Under the pieces are notes generated by a model. That model was not told where the DNA came from and did no database searches. It was given only the letters and a program-made list of their open reading frames with translations. Both the position numbers and the translations under genes were made by a program. From the human T2T-CHM13v2.0 reference genome, Homo sapiens, in assembly GCF_009914755.1 (NCBI RefSeq), contig NC_060934.1: 64,000 nucleotides of DNA; one strand, written 5' to 3'. Within the stretch, counting starts at the first letter, position 1. Each line of letters starts with the position of its first letter. Positions 14,886 through 30,795 of this stretch are shown piece after piece.

Positions 14886-15640
14886 TGCTATAGTTGTCCA
14901 GAGAAACAGAACCCAAAAAAGACATTATATATATAGAAACCCTTATATATATAAATATATCTTAAATATATACAAAGCTTATATATAATATATATTTAAT
15001 ACATAGAGAATATACATAATTTATATATTATATATAATTAATATATACTTTAGATACAATTTATATATTATATATCATTAATTTATATTAACATATTATA
15101 TATAATTAACATAGGCTTATATATAATATATATTATACATATAAACTTTGTATATCAATTTATTATGAGAGAGATTTATTATAAGAAATTGGTCCACAGA
15201 ATTATGAAGGCTGAGAAGACCCAAGATCTGCTGTCTATCAGCTACAAACCCAGGCGAGGTGATGGTGTAGTTCCATCTGAGTATGAATCCATGGGAACCA
15301 AGAGAACCAATGGTATAAATTCTAACCCAAATCTAGAGCAAAGTCCTAGGAATTGGAAGGCTGCTATTTTAAATTTCAGCCCAAGTACAGCAGAACAATA
15401 TTCCAGCCCAACAGTCAGGCAAAGAGAGTGAATTCTCCCTTCCTTCATACTTTTGTTCTATTTGGGTACTCAAGGAAATGAATATTGTTCACCCACATTG
15501 AGGGCAATATATTTTACTCAGCCTACTGATTCAAATGCTAATCTCATTCATAAACACCCTTGCAGACAGAAATAATGATTACCCAAATATCTGGGCATCC
15601 TATGACTCAGTCAAGATAATACATAAACCTAACTATTAAA
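14886..15640 (-). mobile_element. MLT2 LTR (3' LTR of ERV-L provirus) with expanded AT-rich tract
   Basis: ccagagaaacagaacc...gagatttattataagaaattgg...cagtcaag; followed by reverse-complement PPT agtctaccct. Confidence 0.85.
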
Positions 15641-18237
15641 AGTCTACCCTTTTTCAACGTGGCATTCATCTGTGTCTCCTTAAACCACAAGTAATCTCCA
15701 AATAAAGAGAGTAACTGGGTCACGATTCTCCCTAATGTGACACAGTGATCCTGTGCACAACCAAAACCACACCAACTCCTTCCTAGAAAAGGAGATAAAG
15801 TACGTGAGTAATATTTAGTATTCTCTTTGATATCTTGTAATATAAATACTATGAGGTAAAATAGACTATACTTAACTAATATGATATAAAGTTAATACAT
15901 CTTAGATTATAAGGGAATAAGACAAGAAAAAAAACAAAGATATTTATTACACACACAAATGGAAACAACAAAATAGGAGCAATACTCATGACAGTTACAA
16001 TGCTCACTTTTTCAGTGGTCACATGGTCATAGCTAGTATTAATAATTATCCTTTTCAATATTCAATCTGTTTTTCCTTTGTCTTCTTTCAGTAAGCACCT
16101 CAGCTGGTCATGGTTCTCAACCTAATGGGGGAACCCAAACCTTTATTCCTGAAGTATATGGCTCATTAGCAGTCCTGGCTGGCTTGGGTTGTTGTCATTA
16201 TCCATCAACATTAATCAAAGGACATGCTAATACTCATAGACATGCTTTCTTATTCTCCATTGCGGAGTGGTAGTCCAAATTTCTATTGGTAGTGAGGATA
16301 AACCACTCAAGTCAACTCAGTAACTCCCTTCTTTGCCTATTTATTCAGAGGCACAAGGAGCCCAAAGTTAGCAGGCAGCAGTCTTAACTTCCAGTTCAGT
16401 GGAATCACTGCTGTGCTTCTTGTGGAAGCATTCTTCCCTCTGGCCATTATGCCAGCAGAGCATAAGGTTGTGGGAACAGAAAGCAAACTTTGCCAGTGGG
16501 TCATTGGGAATGATAGTGAGAAGTGCCACTTCTATTTCCATCCCTTGATTCTTGGATCTGTGAATCCTTATGGGAAAAACATGTTAGAAACTGATTCAGA
16601 GCATATACAGTCTTCTGAAAAACACTGCCAAGATTTGCAAGGTCTTGCCACCTAGATGGCACTATGAGTCTTCAAAGGGCTCTTCCACCTTTCTGTGAAG
16701 GCTAATGCTTCAGGATGGTGGGGAACATGATAATACCAGTGAATTCCATGAGCATAGGCCCACTGTCATATTTCTTTTGTGGTGAGTTCCTCGATCAGAA
16801 GCAATGCTGTGTAGAAGACCATGATGGTGGATAAGGAATTCTGTAAGTCCACAGATGGTACTTTTGGCAGAAGTATTGTATGCAGAGAAGGTAAATCCAT
16901 ATCAAGAGTAAGTGTCTATTCAAGTAAGAACAAAATGCTACCCCTTCCATGATGGAAGTAATCCAATGTAATCAATCTGCCTCCAGGTAGTTGGCTGATT
17001 ACCCCAGGGAATGATGCCATATCGGAGTCTCAGTGTTGGTCTCTGCTGTTGGCAGATTGAGCACTCAGATGTGTCCATAGCCAGGATGGGCTTAGTGAGT
17101 GAAAGTCATGTTGCCAAGTCCATGCATAACCTCCATCCCTGCCACCTTGGCCAGTTTGTTCATGAGCCCACTGGGCAATGACAGGAGTAACTGGAGGAAA
17201 AGGCTGACTGGTAACCTTAGAATGAATCATCCTATCCACTTGATTATTAAAAATCCTCCTCCACTGAGGTGACTCTTTAGTGAGCATTTACAAAGCACAC
17301 AAATATCTTCACTCTTTGTTTTTTTGCATCTTCAGATAATTCTATCTACGTACTTCTTCCCCAAATTTCCTTGCCTCCAATTTTTCAATCGTGTTTCCTC
17401 CAGATTGCTGACTGTCCAGCCAAACTATTGTCCACAGCTTATGAATTAGTATATAATCATATATCTGGGCATTTCTTCTTCCAAGATAAGTGAACAACCA
17501 AGTGTGCTGCCTGAAATTCTGCCCATCAGGATAATTTTTCTTCACCATTATTCTTTAGAGATGTCCTGAAAACGGGCTATAGTGCTGCAGCTGCCCACTT
17601 TTGGATATTGCCTGCATATCATGCAGAATCATCTGTAATCTAGGCCTAAGTTTTTGCTTTTTCTATTAACAGATCATAGGATACTCTCCATAAGGCCATA
17701 GGTGCAGATGAGAGAGCAGAAGCAGTGTAGCAGGAGGAAGGACCATGAGCATCTGGGCTATATTTTTATATAAATTACTTGTGCCTTTAGAGCCTGTTTG
17801 TGCCCAGTCATAATATAATACTTCCTCGATGATGCATCACTACTGTGAAAGTCCAACTTTAAGGCTTGGTGGGCCAGGTAACACCCAGCTCATGATGGGC
17901 AGCTTAGGTTAATGGTAACTTGGCTGCCCATGATTAAGCATTCAGTTCTCTATGAAGGCTGAGTAAAGAGTTGTTCCTTAAAAGGAGTAGTTATTTGCAG
18001 AGGATGGCAAGAGCTTTGTTCCAAAATCCAAATGGCCTGCACTACCATTCATCTATGAGGGCCTGCTAAAGGCTCCAAACAGAATCCCTATCTGCCACTG
18101 ACACTTCAAGCACCATTGGATCTGCTGAATCATATGGCCCAAGAGGTAGAGCAGCTTGCACAGCAGTCTGGACCTGTTGCAGAGCCTTCTGCTGTTCTGG
18201 GCTCCACTCAAAACTAGCAGCTTTTCAGGTCACTTGG
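15641..18237 (-). pseudogene. ERV-L internal region: decayed pol (RT connection, RNase H, integrase) and dUTPase
   Basis: Minus-strand peptides KAASFEWSPEQQKALQQVQ (~18170-18225), ITDDSA*YAG (~17610-17640), IAQWAHEQTGQGGRDGGYAW (~17120-17180), IPLNWKLRLLPANFGLLVPLNK*AKKGV (~16322-16405); many stops and frameshifts. Confidence 0.9.
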
Positions 18238-18348
18238 CACTGTCACACTCGGAAATAATGTATAATAGGCAAAACAAGAAAAAATGTTTAGCCAAATATC
18301 TTGGCATCAGTGACACAGGCCACTTCACATGTAAAATTAGCTGACACA
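18238..18348 (-). mobile_element. Short MLT2 LTR remnant (probable outer end of the 5' LTR)
   Basis: gaaataatg...ccaaatatcttggca...taaaattagctgacaca parallels 15569-15640. Confidence 0.6.
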
Positions 18349-18489
18349 ATTGTGCTGAATTAAAATGGCTTAATTGGAATAGGAATGATAAGAGTGTTAA
18401 CTAACTCATAGCTCTATGTGTCTTTTGAATATAGCTGTCTATCTTTATATCCATCTACCAATTTATCTATCTAAGAGATAACATACGTG

Positions 18490-19630
18490 TAAAACTAACA
18501 TTGTGAATCATGACTCAGTTAAGAACACTACAAATAACTTTAAAAACTCAAATGCCTTTGAAACCTTCTGTCTTCCCTTCAATAACAAACTTCTAAATTT
18601 TGTTTTTATCATTCTCCTGTTTTCAAAATAGTTTTACTGAAAATAAATGTGTTTTGAATAGGATACTGTTATACTTTGTATGTTTTCAATTTTATATTAA
18701 TGATATACTACATGAATTATTCTCATGTGCCTTTTTCACTCAAAATTGTTTCTTGACATTTATCCATGTTATTTTACACAGTTATACTTTATTTTCAATG
18801 CTATCAATATTCCAGTGGATAGATATTCTGCAACTTCTAAATTCATTTTAATATGTTCTGCATGATATCATTTTGGAAGCGTTTTGGGTTAAGTTTTACA
18901 TCTTAATAAAAAATAAATTTTCATAAACATTACATATGTGCTTAAGAAACTACCTTCTCAAATGTTTGAAAAATAATCTTATATATGTGCATTCAATGTA
19001 CTTAACTATGTTCTTTTAGTGGTAGATGGTCTTATTTTTTGTCTACATTACCTATCAATGATCAACATAATGCAAATGTTGAAATCTTTTAAATATGATT
19101 ATGAATTTGCCAATTCATTTTCTATTTCTATCTAATATCATTTTCTATATTCTACTTTTGATATATTTCTTGTCAACATTAACTGGATATAATATTTTAA
19201 ATATAATTTAGAAATCATTGTCTTTTAAATAGTTAATTGGTCCATATGAATATCTAGATTATTGCTATTATTGATATATTTGGAATGAAGTGAATATATC
19301 ATATATTGATATCTCATATATTGCTTTACTATAGATTGAGTTTTCCCCAGGTTATGTCCTCCTTTCTTGCCTTCTTGGAATTATTTTACTTCTCATACAC
19401 ATTCTCCAAACACTACTTTGGAAACCATATAATTCATGAGTTTTCTTTCAGTGCATACTCATTAAAAATTATTGTGTTTATTTAACTTGAACATCTATCT
19501 TAACTACCCTCCCTCAAAAGAGAAAGAATTTGGAACTCTATCTCTGATTAAATCTATCTTGAATGTTATCATTTTTGAGCATTTTAGTTCCATTTTTTAT
19601 TTCCTAATCACAGACATATAAAATATTATC
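18490..19630 (-). mobile_element. Old L1M fragments
   Basis: T-rich; tttttcactcaaaattgtttcttgacatttatccatgtt and atatgattatgaatttgccaattc. Confidence 0.6.
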
Positions 19631-20465
19631 AACAGTGTTAGGACCATCACAATTCCATGGGCAAGGATATATCCGGGCAAAGATGATTGCATTTGACTAA
19701 CACAGATCAATGATTCTAATATGAAATACAATCTACTCATCTCTCGTGTCTCTGATTTCATGGTCTGAAAGCCCCCCTATGCTTTTTCCTCAAAGGATGT
19801 TTCCTCGGTGGATGCATGACAGCACATTGCTGTCATGAACATTCCACACTGTTTGGCAGTATTGTTTTTCTCATTTTAACCAACAAATTGAAACTGTAGT
19901 TTATATGCTGGTCTCTTGGGAATCTTTTAAATTATGGCAGGCATAAACTTACTCCAGAGAGATCAGATCCATTTCCTGGAAAGGCAAACCCAAAGATAAA
20001 ATCCTGGGACATAAGCAATTTTGTTTCCTTAGAAGTCCTTTCATCTGTCTTGTTACTGCAGCACACAATTGGTCAGAGAAGCCCTCTGAAAACTTCAATA
20101 ACAGTAATGCTAACTCTACACACAGAAACTCAATTGCATGTTTTCAGGAAAAATGTAAAAATCAACAATATGATATACATGACCCAAACAAATAAAAACA
20201 TCACACAGTCTTTATTCTCATAAGACATTAGCTGCAATAGGGAATTAACATATAGTGAAAAAATTATTTTTAAAAATTTTTCTCCTATTTTCACTTGTGT
20301 TGTTTCCACTTTTTGAAACTTTTTTTTTTTTTTACTTTTCTTCTTTTTTGTTTTTTTCATTCATTTATTACTGCTTTCATTGTCTTTCTATGTTGATAAC
20401 TGGGAAAAGTGTATAAGGTTAAATCTTGGGTTACTAAGGAAAAGCTATAGAAAAGAATCATATGC

Positions 20466-20768
20466 GGCCAGGTGCAGGGGCTCATTTCTGTAATCCCAGA
20501 ACTTTGGGAGACGAAGGCAGGAGGATCACTTTGGCCCAGGAGTTTCAGAACAGCCTAGGCAACATAGGGAGACACTCTCTACAAAAAAATATGAAAAAAA
20601 TAACCAAGTGTGGTGATGCACACCACACCTGTAGTCCAACTTACTTGGGAAGATGAGGTGGGAGGATCAGAGGAGCCCAGGAGTTCAAGGATGCAGTGAG
20701 CTGGGATCATGCCACTGCACTCCTGCATAGTTGACATAGCAAGACCCTGTCTCAAAAAAGAAAATAAA
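20466..20768 (+). mobile_element. AluJ
   Basis: Diverged dimeric Alu with J-type gagcccaggagttcaagg. Confidence 0.9.
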
Positions 20769-22087
20769 GTAAGTCATGCTATTAAAAAATATAAAATGTA
20801 TTAAGCTAACTCACCAGATAAAGAATGGAAGAAATCAGTTGAAACCTAAGAAATAATTAATGTCATTCAAAGATAATTGGTGAGAGTCAAGATAATTTCT
20901 AATTAATAATTGACATTTTAATAGAAGCAGATACAGTAAAAAAATAAATTTAGAAATAAGATTTTATTCAAAGGAAGCATATTTTGACTTTAAAAGGCTA
21001 AACTCTGTCAGAATGTATTATTGTTGAGTGAAACAACAATTAAATTTCATTGTAGACTTAAGGAAAATTATTACATAAATATCATGCTAGTTCTGATGAA
21101 TCCACTTTTCAGATGCTTTGCTTTACACTAATTGGCTTATGTTTGCCTAAGGATTATGTTTGAATGCCATCACAGTAATCTTGCTTATTCTTGTATTTAT
21201 ACACACAATATATTTTTCATACATATTAATGCTATGAATGAAATAAACTGTGTCATTGCTATTGGCAAAATTGTGTGAGAAAAAGAAATCTCGAAGGAGC
21301 ATTTTTCAGACCACATTAATATTTTCCTGTGTCTGTCTCATTCTCCATTTGTATACAAATATAAAAATGTAGCTTTGAAGGTGATTTCTCTACTCAGGCA
21401 ATGATTTTCCCAAATATCCTGAAATCACATGTTACCAAAATTCATATTCACTAATTGTTCTTTTTCTACTCTCCATACTTGCATATTTGTCTTTTGTGAA
21501 GTATTACAAATAACATATGACATATGATTATTATTATTTAGAATGTTCAGGTAAAACTTTTAATGATCATCTACAACCACTCCATATTCATCAAATACTA
21601 GTTACATGATCTTGCAGATTTAAAAAATCCAATATCGTTTAATTGTTAACAGTGACTAGTTATTCTTTTTAATATTTTCTTGTATTCATTATTGCAAATT
21701 CACCTAACACAGGTATTATGGAGGTGATAATTAAGTTTGGAAGATTGATTTTACTTTCATGACATCTAAGCATATAGTCAACAATGTTGTTAATTGAGAT
21801 AAAGTAAGCATAATGATTAGAAACTCAAGTATTTAAACCAGTAATCATTCTCAGCTACCAATATTGTCAGACTTACTGTTGATGTTTCAGTGCATATGTC
21901 AGACTCATATCACCTGCAAGGTAATTTTAAAGTAAAACTGGTGAGGATTTAGATAATTATACGTTGATGAACATTTTCATAAAGTCTGATACAAAAAGTA
22001 AAAACAAATGAGGATGTAGTTTGTTTCTGTTATTCTTGAAACAGCAAGACAGAGAAACGATACTCTTCATAGGCTACATATATATAA

Positions 22088-22396
<309 letters not shown>

Positions 22397-23299
22397 CATA
22401 GACAATATTTTTTTGACTTGCATGAAACCAAAAACACATATAAGACAGCGCACAGCAAAAATTAGAGTGTACTAACTCAAAACTTTCATGGATTTGATTC
22501 TTTGATAATCCATCTCTAAAATATTTTCAAAAAATATCTCATTTATGGGTCCAGAATACTTGCCTGAGTGCTCTCTCAAAGACATCTGATCTTTTTCCAT
22601 GTGTGACCTCTGACAAGCTCATGCATGAAACCTAAACCACTGTCAGATTCAAATCAATTTAATTTAATACTACGTTTTTGGAAAGAGGAAAGTATAAATG
22701 TTTCACGTATGAATATTGTATATCAAATATACAAAATCATCAACTGATTACCAAAAATATCAACTTATGCCTGGTAGGGTTGAGTAGAGAGATTCAGAAA
22801 TAGCCATAGAGAAACATTTTATAAGATATTCAACTTAAAAAAATCACTGCAGTTATTAATTACTCCAAAACAAATGTGATCATTTCTAAAAAATTGGAAA
22901 CTAATAGGATTACAGAAATTTTAATCCACTACAGAGTGTTTAATACACATATATTCTGAGCCTATCAAATCAGCTATATACTAAGAACACATATGTGTGA
23001 GTGTGTATATTTTTATACATAACTTTAACAAATATAGAAGTATTTTTATAGCCAAATTATTACTCTGTTTTGAAGGAAGTCATTTTTTTGGACTACATTA
23101 TCCAATTATATTGCAATTGTTTAAACTTTGCTAATGGAAAATTTCTTTCAAGTTTCAGTAGGGCACAATATTTAGATTGAGTTCAATATCGATTATGATT
23201 ATTATTGAATGAATATTTCATTTGAAAATAGCCAAGACATTTAAAACAGAAACAAGTCTGGTAGAATATCAGATATTACAGAATTCTCTATATCATACT

Positions 23300-24600
<1,301 letters not shown>

Positions 24601-24759
24601 CTGCATAAATGCTGCATAAATTAATATGTAGAGGGAAAAAGATGGGGGGGATAGAAGAAAGAGAAAACTGAAATTAGGGAAACATTCCAGAGCATAGGAA
24701 GACCTGGTATTGAGAAGACAGCTGGGGGAGGGTCTTTATTTAGGAACAAAATGCAAATC

Positions 24760-25000
24760 AGTGACTTATCTCATAACATATATGAAATTATTCCAGATAA
24801 AAAAATTAAATGTAAATAGAAAATATATTTACATACCAAAAGAAAATATTGATAAATATTTAAATGATTTTTAATGAAAAAACTTGATGTAATGGTTTTA
24901 AAAAGAATCAATAGATTTGACTGTATAAACTATAATCTATAATATGTCACAAATGCCATAAACATAATTCAAAATAAGTAGTAAAATGAGAAAAAAATGC
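24760..25000 (+). mobile_element. Old L1 fragment
   Basis: aaattattccagat...aatagatttgactgtataaa. Confidence 0.5.
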
Positions 25001-25287
25001 TAGGTATATGAATGCTACTAATATAATATCAGAGTAGATATTAGAATGTATCTTGTAAATAAGGGCCACATGTGATGATAAAACCAGAAACAAATGAAAA
25101 AACAAGGTTCGTGGGAAGAAAATGAATGCCTAGAATGTAGAAAGCAATAAGAGAAAGATGTTTAGACTTAATGAGAAAAAAAATGGATAATCTACCAAAA
25201 TAGACATTTTTTAAAACTCATCAGTGATGAGGTCACAATAAAACCAGGTATGTTGTTCGCAAATTTCCAAGTTCATACATTTCCTAG

Positions 25288-25289
<2 letters not shown>

Positions 25290-25327
<38 letters not shown>
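25290..25327. repeat. (CA)n microsatellite
   Basis: Direct reading. Confidence 0.95.
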
Positions 25328-25332
<5 letters not shown>

Positions 25333-25817
25333 GTCTCATATATATATACCTGAATGTATATAATATATATATTTCTATCTCTCTCACTGTCTATCCAAAT
25401 ATCTATATCCTCATTATTTGCCAAGCCCATTTTTGAAGATTTTCCTACTCACTAAAATTTTTTTGTGAAAACAAAATTAATACTTGCTGCACTTTCACAG
25501 TCATTGATGGACATGTGCAGATTGGCAAAAATGTATTACCCAAAGTACAGGTTGCCTACTGAGGTCAAACCAGGAGATGCTCTGCCTTCTTGTTTTAGTT
25601 CTTACACTATAAACAAGTGTCCTTTTGGAATTCTACTTAGTGCCATACCTATTACATTTTTATACTTTGGTGATTTGGTTGTTTAGAATGACCCACAAAC
25701 ATAGTGTTGAAGTGGAAGGCTGAGATGTGCCTAGTAGAGAGTATATGTTTGTTAGATAGATAAGATTCATTCAGGTGTGACACATAGTGCCGTTGGCCAT
25801 CAGTTCAATATTAATGA

Positions 25818-25844
25818 ACTCTCTCTCTCTCTACATATATATAT

Positions 25845-25901
<57 letters not shown>
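25818..25901. repeat. (CT)n(TA)n compound microsatellite
   Basis: Direct reading. Confidence 0.95.
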
Positions 25902-26197
<296 letters not shown>

Positions 26198-26430
26198 AAC
26201 ATTATGTATTTTAAAAGATGTCTTCAAATAGAAACACACATAAAATAAGGCCATTTATGAATCAGTTGAAAATAAATATAAAATCTGGTTATATGAAAAT
26301 ATAACCAGAGCTCTCAGGGCCCTAACCCTGTGTTTCCCTTAGGAACAATGGTTTAGTATTTGCAAATTCAGTGTTTGCAGCAACTTTATATTTCCTAACT
26401 ACCATGAATAATAAAAAATGACTCTAAATA

Positions 26431-26775
26431 CAATCATGTGTCACTTAACAATGAGGTTACTTTCTGAGAAATATGTCCTTAGGTGATTTCATCACTGGGT
26501 AAACATCACAGAGTGCACTTACACAAGCCTAGATGGTATGGCCTCCTACACACCTAGGCTATGTGGTATAACCTATTACTTCTAGGCTGCAAACCTGTAC
26601 AGCATGTTACTCTACTTCACACTGTAGGCAATTGTAACAAAATAGTATTTGTAGTATCCAAACATATCTAAACATGGAAAACACACAGTAGAAATAAAAT
26701 ATTATAATCCTATGGAACCACTGTCATATACGCTGTCCATTGTTAACTGAAACACCTTCATGTGTTGCATGACTG
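26431..26775 (+). mobile_element. Tigger3a (Golem) non-autonomous DNA transposon
   Basis: ta|caatcatgtg ... gcatgactg|ta TIRs with TA TSD; ~345 bp. Confidence 0.9.
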
Positions 26776-27088
26776 TAGGTGACTGGTAGCTAGCTAGCTA
26801 GATTGGTAGCTAGATACATATATGTTCATACATAAAATAGTGAAGATACAGGTGTTTTATTATTTTTATATCTTTTAACTTTCTACAAGGAGCTGTAATA
26901 TATTGACTAACACTCAACAGTTTACCTGATTAAAAAAATGTGTTTGTGATTGTGTATGTTATGCAATCATATGAATGTGTTTGGATATGTTTTTGACTGT
27001 TTTCCTTACAAAAAAATTGTAATTTTTCTTTGTTCTCGAATTTCTGTTTTAGCACAAGATTATTGATGATTTCTGTTTCAGAATTGAT

Positions 27089-27269
27089 CTGTGGTTTTCA
27101 AAGTATGTTCCCTGAACCAGGCATCAGGATCATCTAGAAAGTTGTCAGAACATTCTCAAGCCTCACCCCAGACTTAGTAATTCAGAATTTCTGGGTGTGG
27201 GGCCAAGCAATACATGTTTTAACAAAACTCCAGGTTATTTTGACACATGCAAAAGTTTGAGAACCACTG
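27089..27269. mobile_element. MER5A (hAT-Charlie)
   Basis: ctgtggttttcaaagt ... agtttgagaaccactg inverted termini, ~180 bp. Confidence 0.88.
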
Positions 27270-29149
27270 GTAGGAATCACTGAATTGGCCACACAGATAT
27301 CTGGCAACATTCTGTTACCACAATTTAAAAGAAGAATTGTAATTTTAGTGGAATGGTAGACTTTTGTCTATTGAATATTTAAATCCTTTATTTGACAACA
27401 TTTTAAATAAAAATATGATGACATCCTCAGAAAATGCTAGTCATATCTCAACTATATGTTTCTGAAAATCAATTTTTTTCTTTCTTTTATTGCAGCTAGA
27501 ATTATCAGGAGATAGTTCTTTTAAAAATATATGTAGACTCCTTTAGTCAATAATACATAATGACATACCATCTGTACAATAATGCAACATGTCACATACA
27601 CAATACAAACCCACACCTATGTACAAGCATGAAACTCTTCTTATTTGGGCTATTTGATGGCAGGCATTGCCTCTGGCTAGTAATTTCCAAAATATTTATT
27701 TGTAGCAAACTTTATTTTGCTACAAGAAAAATATAAAAACTATTGTATAAGCTACTTTTCAAGGACAATCTTATATAAACTCATTAATACAGCATGCTTT
27801 ATTTTGTGAGGATCCTTGCATGTGATATGAATTCTAGTTCATTTCTATTCTACAAACATTGCTAATAAGGGATTTAGAACAAGGAGATCAGAATAACTGT
27901 AAATGTTGAGAACAACAGTTCAGACACTCAAGAATACTAACAACTACAAAATATTTTCAGATTTAAAAACAAACCTACATTTAAGAGCTTCTAATAAGAA
28001 TATAATTTTAAAGTCTTGGCATTTTCCTGAAAGAACACTGATTAAAATAAAATACATCAGAATCTGCTTAAGTACAGTGCAACTACTTTAGATAACCAAC
28101 AGTAACTTATTTTTAACTAATTTTAAAACTATTTTATATGTTTTTCGCAATTTTCATCATGCCACTGGCAAGTTATATGATGAAGCCAAACCTCAGCAGC
28201 TTCTTGGGCTAAAATCAATAAGCCAGGGATCTTTTGTGACTTTCTCCGGGTTTTAAAAATGTCTTATGAAGGATCATCAGCCTCAAGTCTAGACACCTCT
28301 AAAGGACTTATTTTCTTAAAATGTCTGCACACAGACCTAAAGGTAGAAAAAGACCTGGTGTAAATAAGAGCTGTTGGAGTTAAACCGATAAAGTCTAAGG
28401 TTGCAGTAAGCATGATGATAACCCTTGTCAATGTTTTGCAAGATTATTTACCTTTCTCTCCTGGAATTCTTTCATAGGCAAGGAAATAAAGATTCAGTTT
28501 GCTGGTGATAAGTAGGTCACCAAGAATTTAACGAAACCAAAAGCTGGGAATTGAGGAAAGGAGAAGCTGTGTGCTGAGTTTACAGTACAAGAAGCTGTGG
28601 TTTTGCCCAAGTTTTAGTATTTCCAATTTGAAACCAAATAACAGAAAATTTGGTATTTACAAATGCTACCCATGTTTCACTGTGTTATTGAGATGGCTCA
28701 GTTATTTTATTAAGTGGATCACTTCAATCCAGTTAAAGAACACTCTTCTACGGTTTTACTGCTTTAGATTATTTATCATCAGGATTTCTCAGAGCTTCAG
28801 ATCTACCTAGAATGTTTCTGGGCTTGCATTTCTATGAATCATAACTCACACATATTTATAATTCATAAAACCTGCCAGGAACTGATCTGTCAAGTAAACA
28901 TTTTCTGAATTTCATTATGCATATAAAGGACAGACTCATAATATGAGTAGAAAACAAAATTGTTATCTCCAGAAGATACCTAGACACATTTTAATTCATT
29001 TGAAGGAAACTTGCTGTTACAGTAGAACTAGAACAAATGGTTCATACAAAATTACCTACTTGCTTAGGTACAGTGCAGTAACTATTTCAGGTGACTAGGA
29101 GAACTTCAAGCAAGTTTTTGTTCTGGAAAACTCAAATGGCCAGAGAATA

Positions 29150-29492
29150 CAGTCATATGTCCCATGTTGACATTTCAATTGAAAATGGACAGCATGTATG
29201 ACAGTGGTCCCATCAGATTCAAATACCATATTTCTATGTCCCTTTTCTGTGTTTAGATATGTTTACATACATACTTACAATTATGTTATGATTGCCTGCC
29301 ATATTTAGTACAGTAACATGTTCTACAGGTTTGAAGCCTAGGAGCGATAGGCTCTATTATATAGCCTAGATGTGTAGTAGGTTATGCCATCTAGGTTTGC
29401 GTAAGTATACTCTGTGATATTTGCACAGTGATGAAATCGCCTAAGGATGCATTTCTCAGAAAGTATCCCCATCATTAAGCAATGCATGATTG
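29150..29492 (-). mobile_element. Tigger3a, inverted relative to 26431-26775
   Basis: ta|cagtcatatg ... gcatgattg|ta; internal sequence is the diverged reverse complement of the first copy. Confidence 0.9.
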
Positions 29493-30504
29493 TACAGCTA
29501 TGCTAATTAGAATGGTCCAATAAGTCAAATTGACCTGAAAGTCATTAGTAAGAATATGAAGTGATGCAGCTTTCCAGAGTATTTCTTACTAACACTATCA
29601 GATTTTTAACATATTTCAGGATGATGCATAGCTAGGGCAAGTAAGAATTGGGAGAGGGGGAGGAATAAGATATAGAAACATCTTCAAAAATGAAAGTATT
29701 TTATGTAATTTCTTTTCCAGAGTCCCTAATGTATTAGGGAATAACCTAAGTGAGCTGATTAAGCTCATTAAAAATACTACTAGCAATGAATGACAGATTT
29801 AAAGGTTTTACATTAATTCCTAATTTTTTGATAAGTTGTCCTCATATTTGCGTACATATTTTCTTTTTCTTGTCTTAGAACACTATTAAGTTCAAGAACA
29901 TTTTCATCAGCACAAAAGGAAACTCCATATCCTCTAACCAGTCATTCTCCATTTCTCCCTCCCACTAGCTCCTGGAAATCACTGATTTGTTTTTAGTCTC
30001 TATTGATCAACCTATTCCAGATATTTCATATGGAACAATATGAAATATATTGTTTCAAATGGAACAATATAATATGTGATCTTTTTTGTCTGGCTACTTT
30101 CAAGTAGCATACTTTCAAGCTTCATTCATGTAGTAGTATGTATGAGTACTTTTTCTCTCTTTATTGCCAAATTCCATTTTATTTTTCCATTTACTGTTGA
30201 TTAACACTTGGGTTGCTTTCCACTTTTGGCTATTGGAAATAGTGCAGCCATGAACACATGTAAAAATTTTTGTTTGAGTACTTGTTAATTCTTTTGCTTA
30301 TATACCCAGGAGTTGTATTGTACAGTTATATAGTAATTCTATATTTGGCATTTGAAACTGCCAAACTATTTTCCACAGTGGCTGTCCCATTTTACATTCC
30401 CACAAGCAATGTACAAGTCTTCCAATATCTCCATAATTTTGGTTAACATTTTAAAATTTTGGTTCAGTTTATTATTTAGTTATATCATTGTTTACTCACT
30501 TATG

Positions 30505-30795
30505 TATTTCAGAGACAGGGTCTCGTTCTCTTATCCAGGCTGGGGTGCAGTGACACAATCATGGCTAACTGCTGCCTTGAACTTCTGGGCTCAAGCAGTC
30601 CTCCACCTTCAGTCTTCCCGGTAGCTAAGACTACAGGCATGCACCCCACCATGCCCAGCTAACTGTTCAATTTTTTGTAGAGCTAGGTGTTCGCTACGTT
30701 GTCCAGGCTGGTTTCAAAATACCAACCTCATGTGATCCCCTCACCTTGGTCTCCCAAAGTTTTGAGATTACAGGCATGAGCCACTGCACCTGGCC
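30505..30795 (-). mobile_element. AluJ inside L1
   Basis: Antisense dimeric Alu, J-type gaacttctgggctcaagc. Confidence 0.9.

Noticed and set aside
27470-27550. Strong-looking plus-strand acceptor at 27495
   Set aside because: No good donor and early stops; such tracts are common in AT-rich DNA
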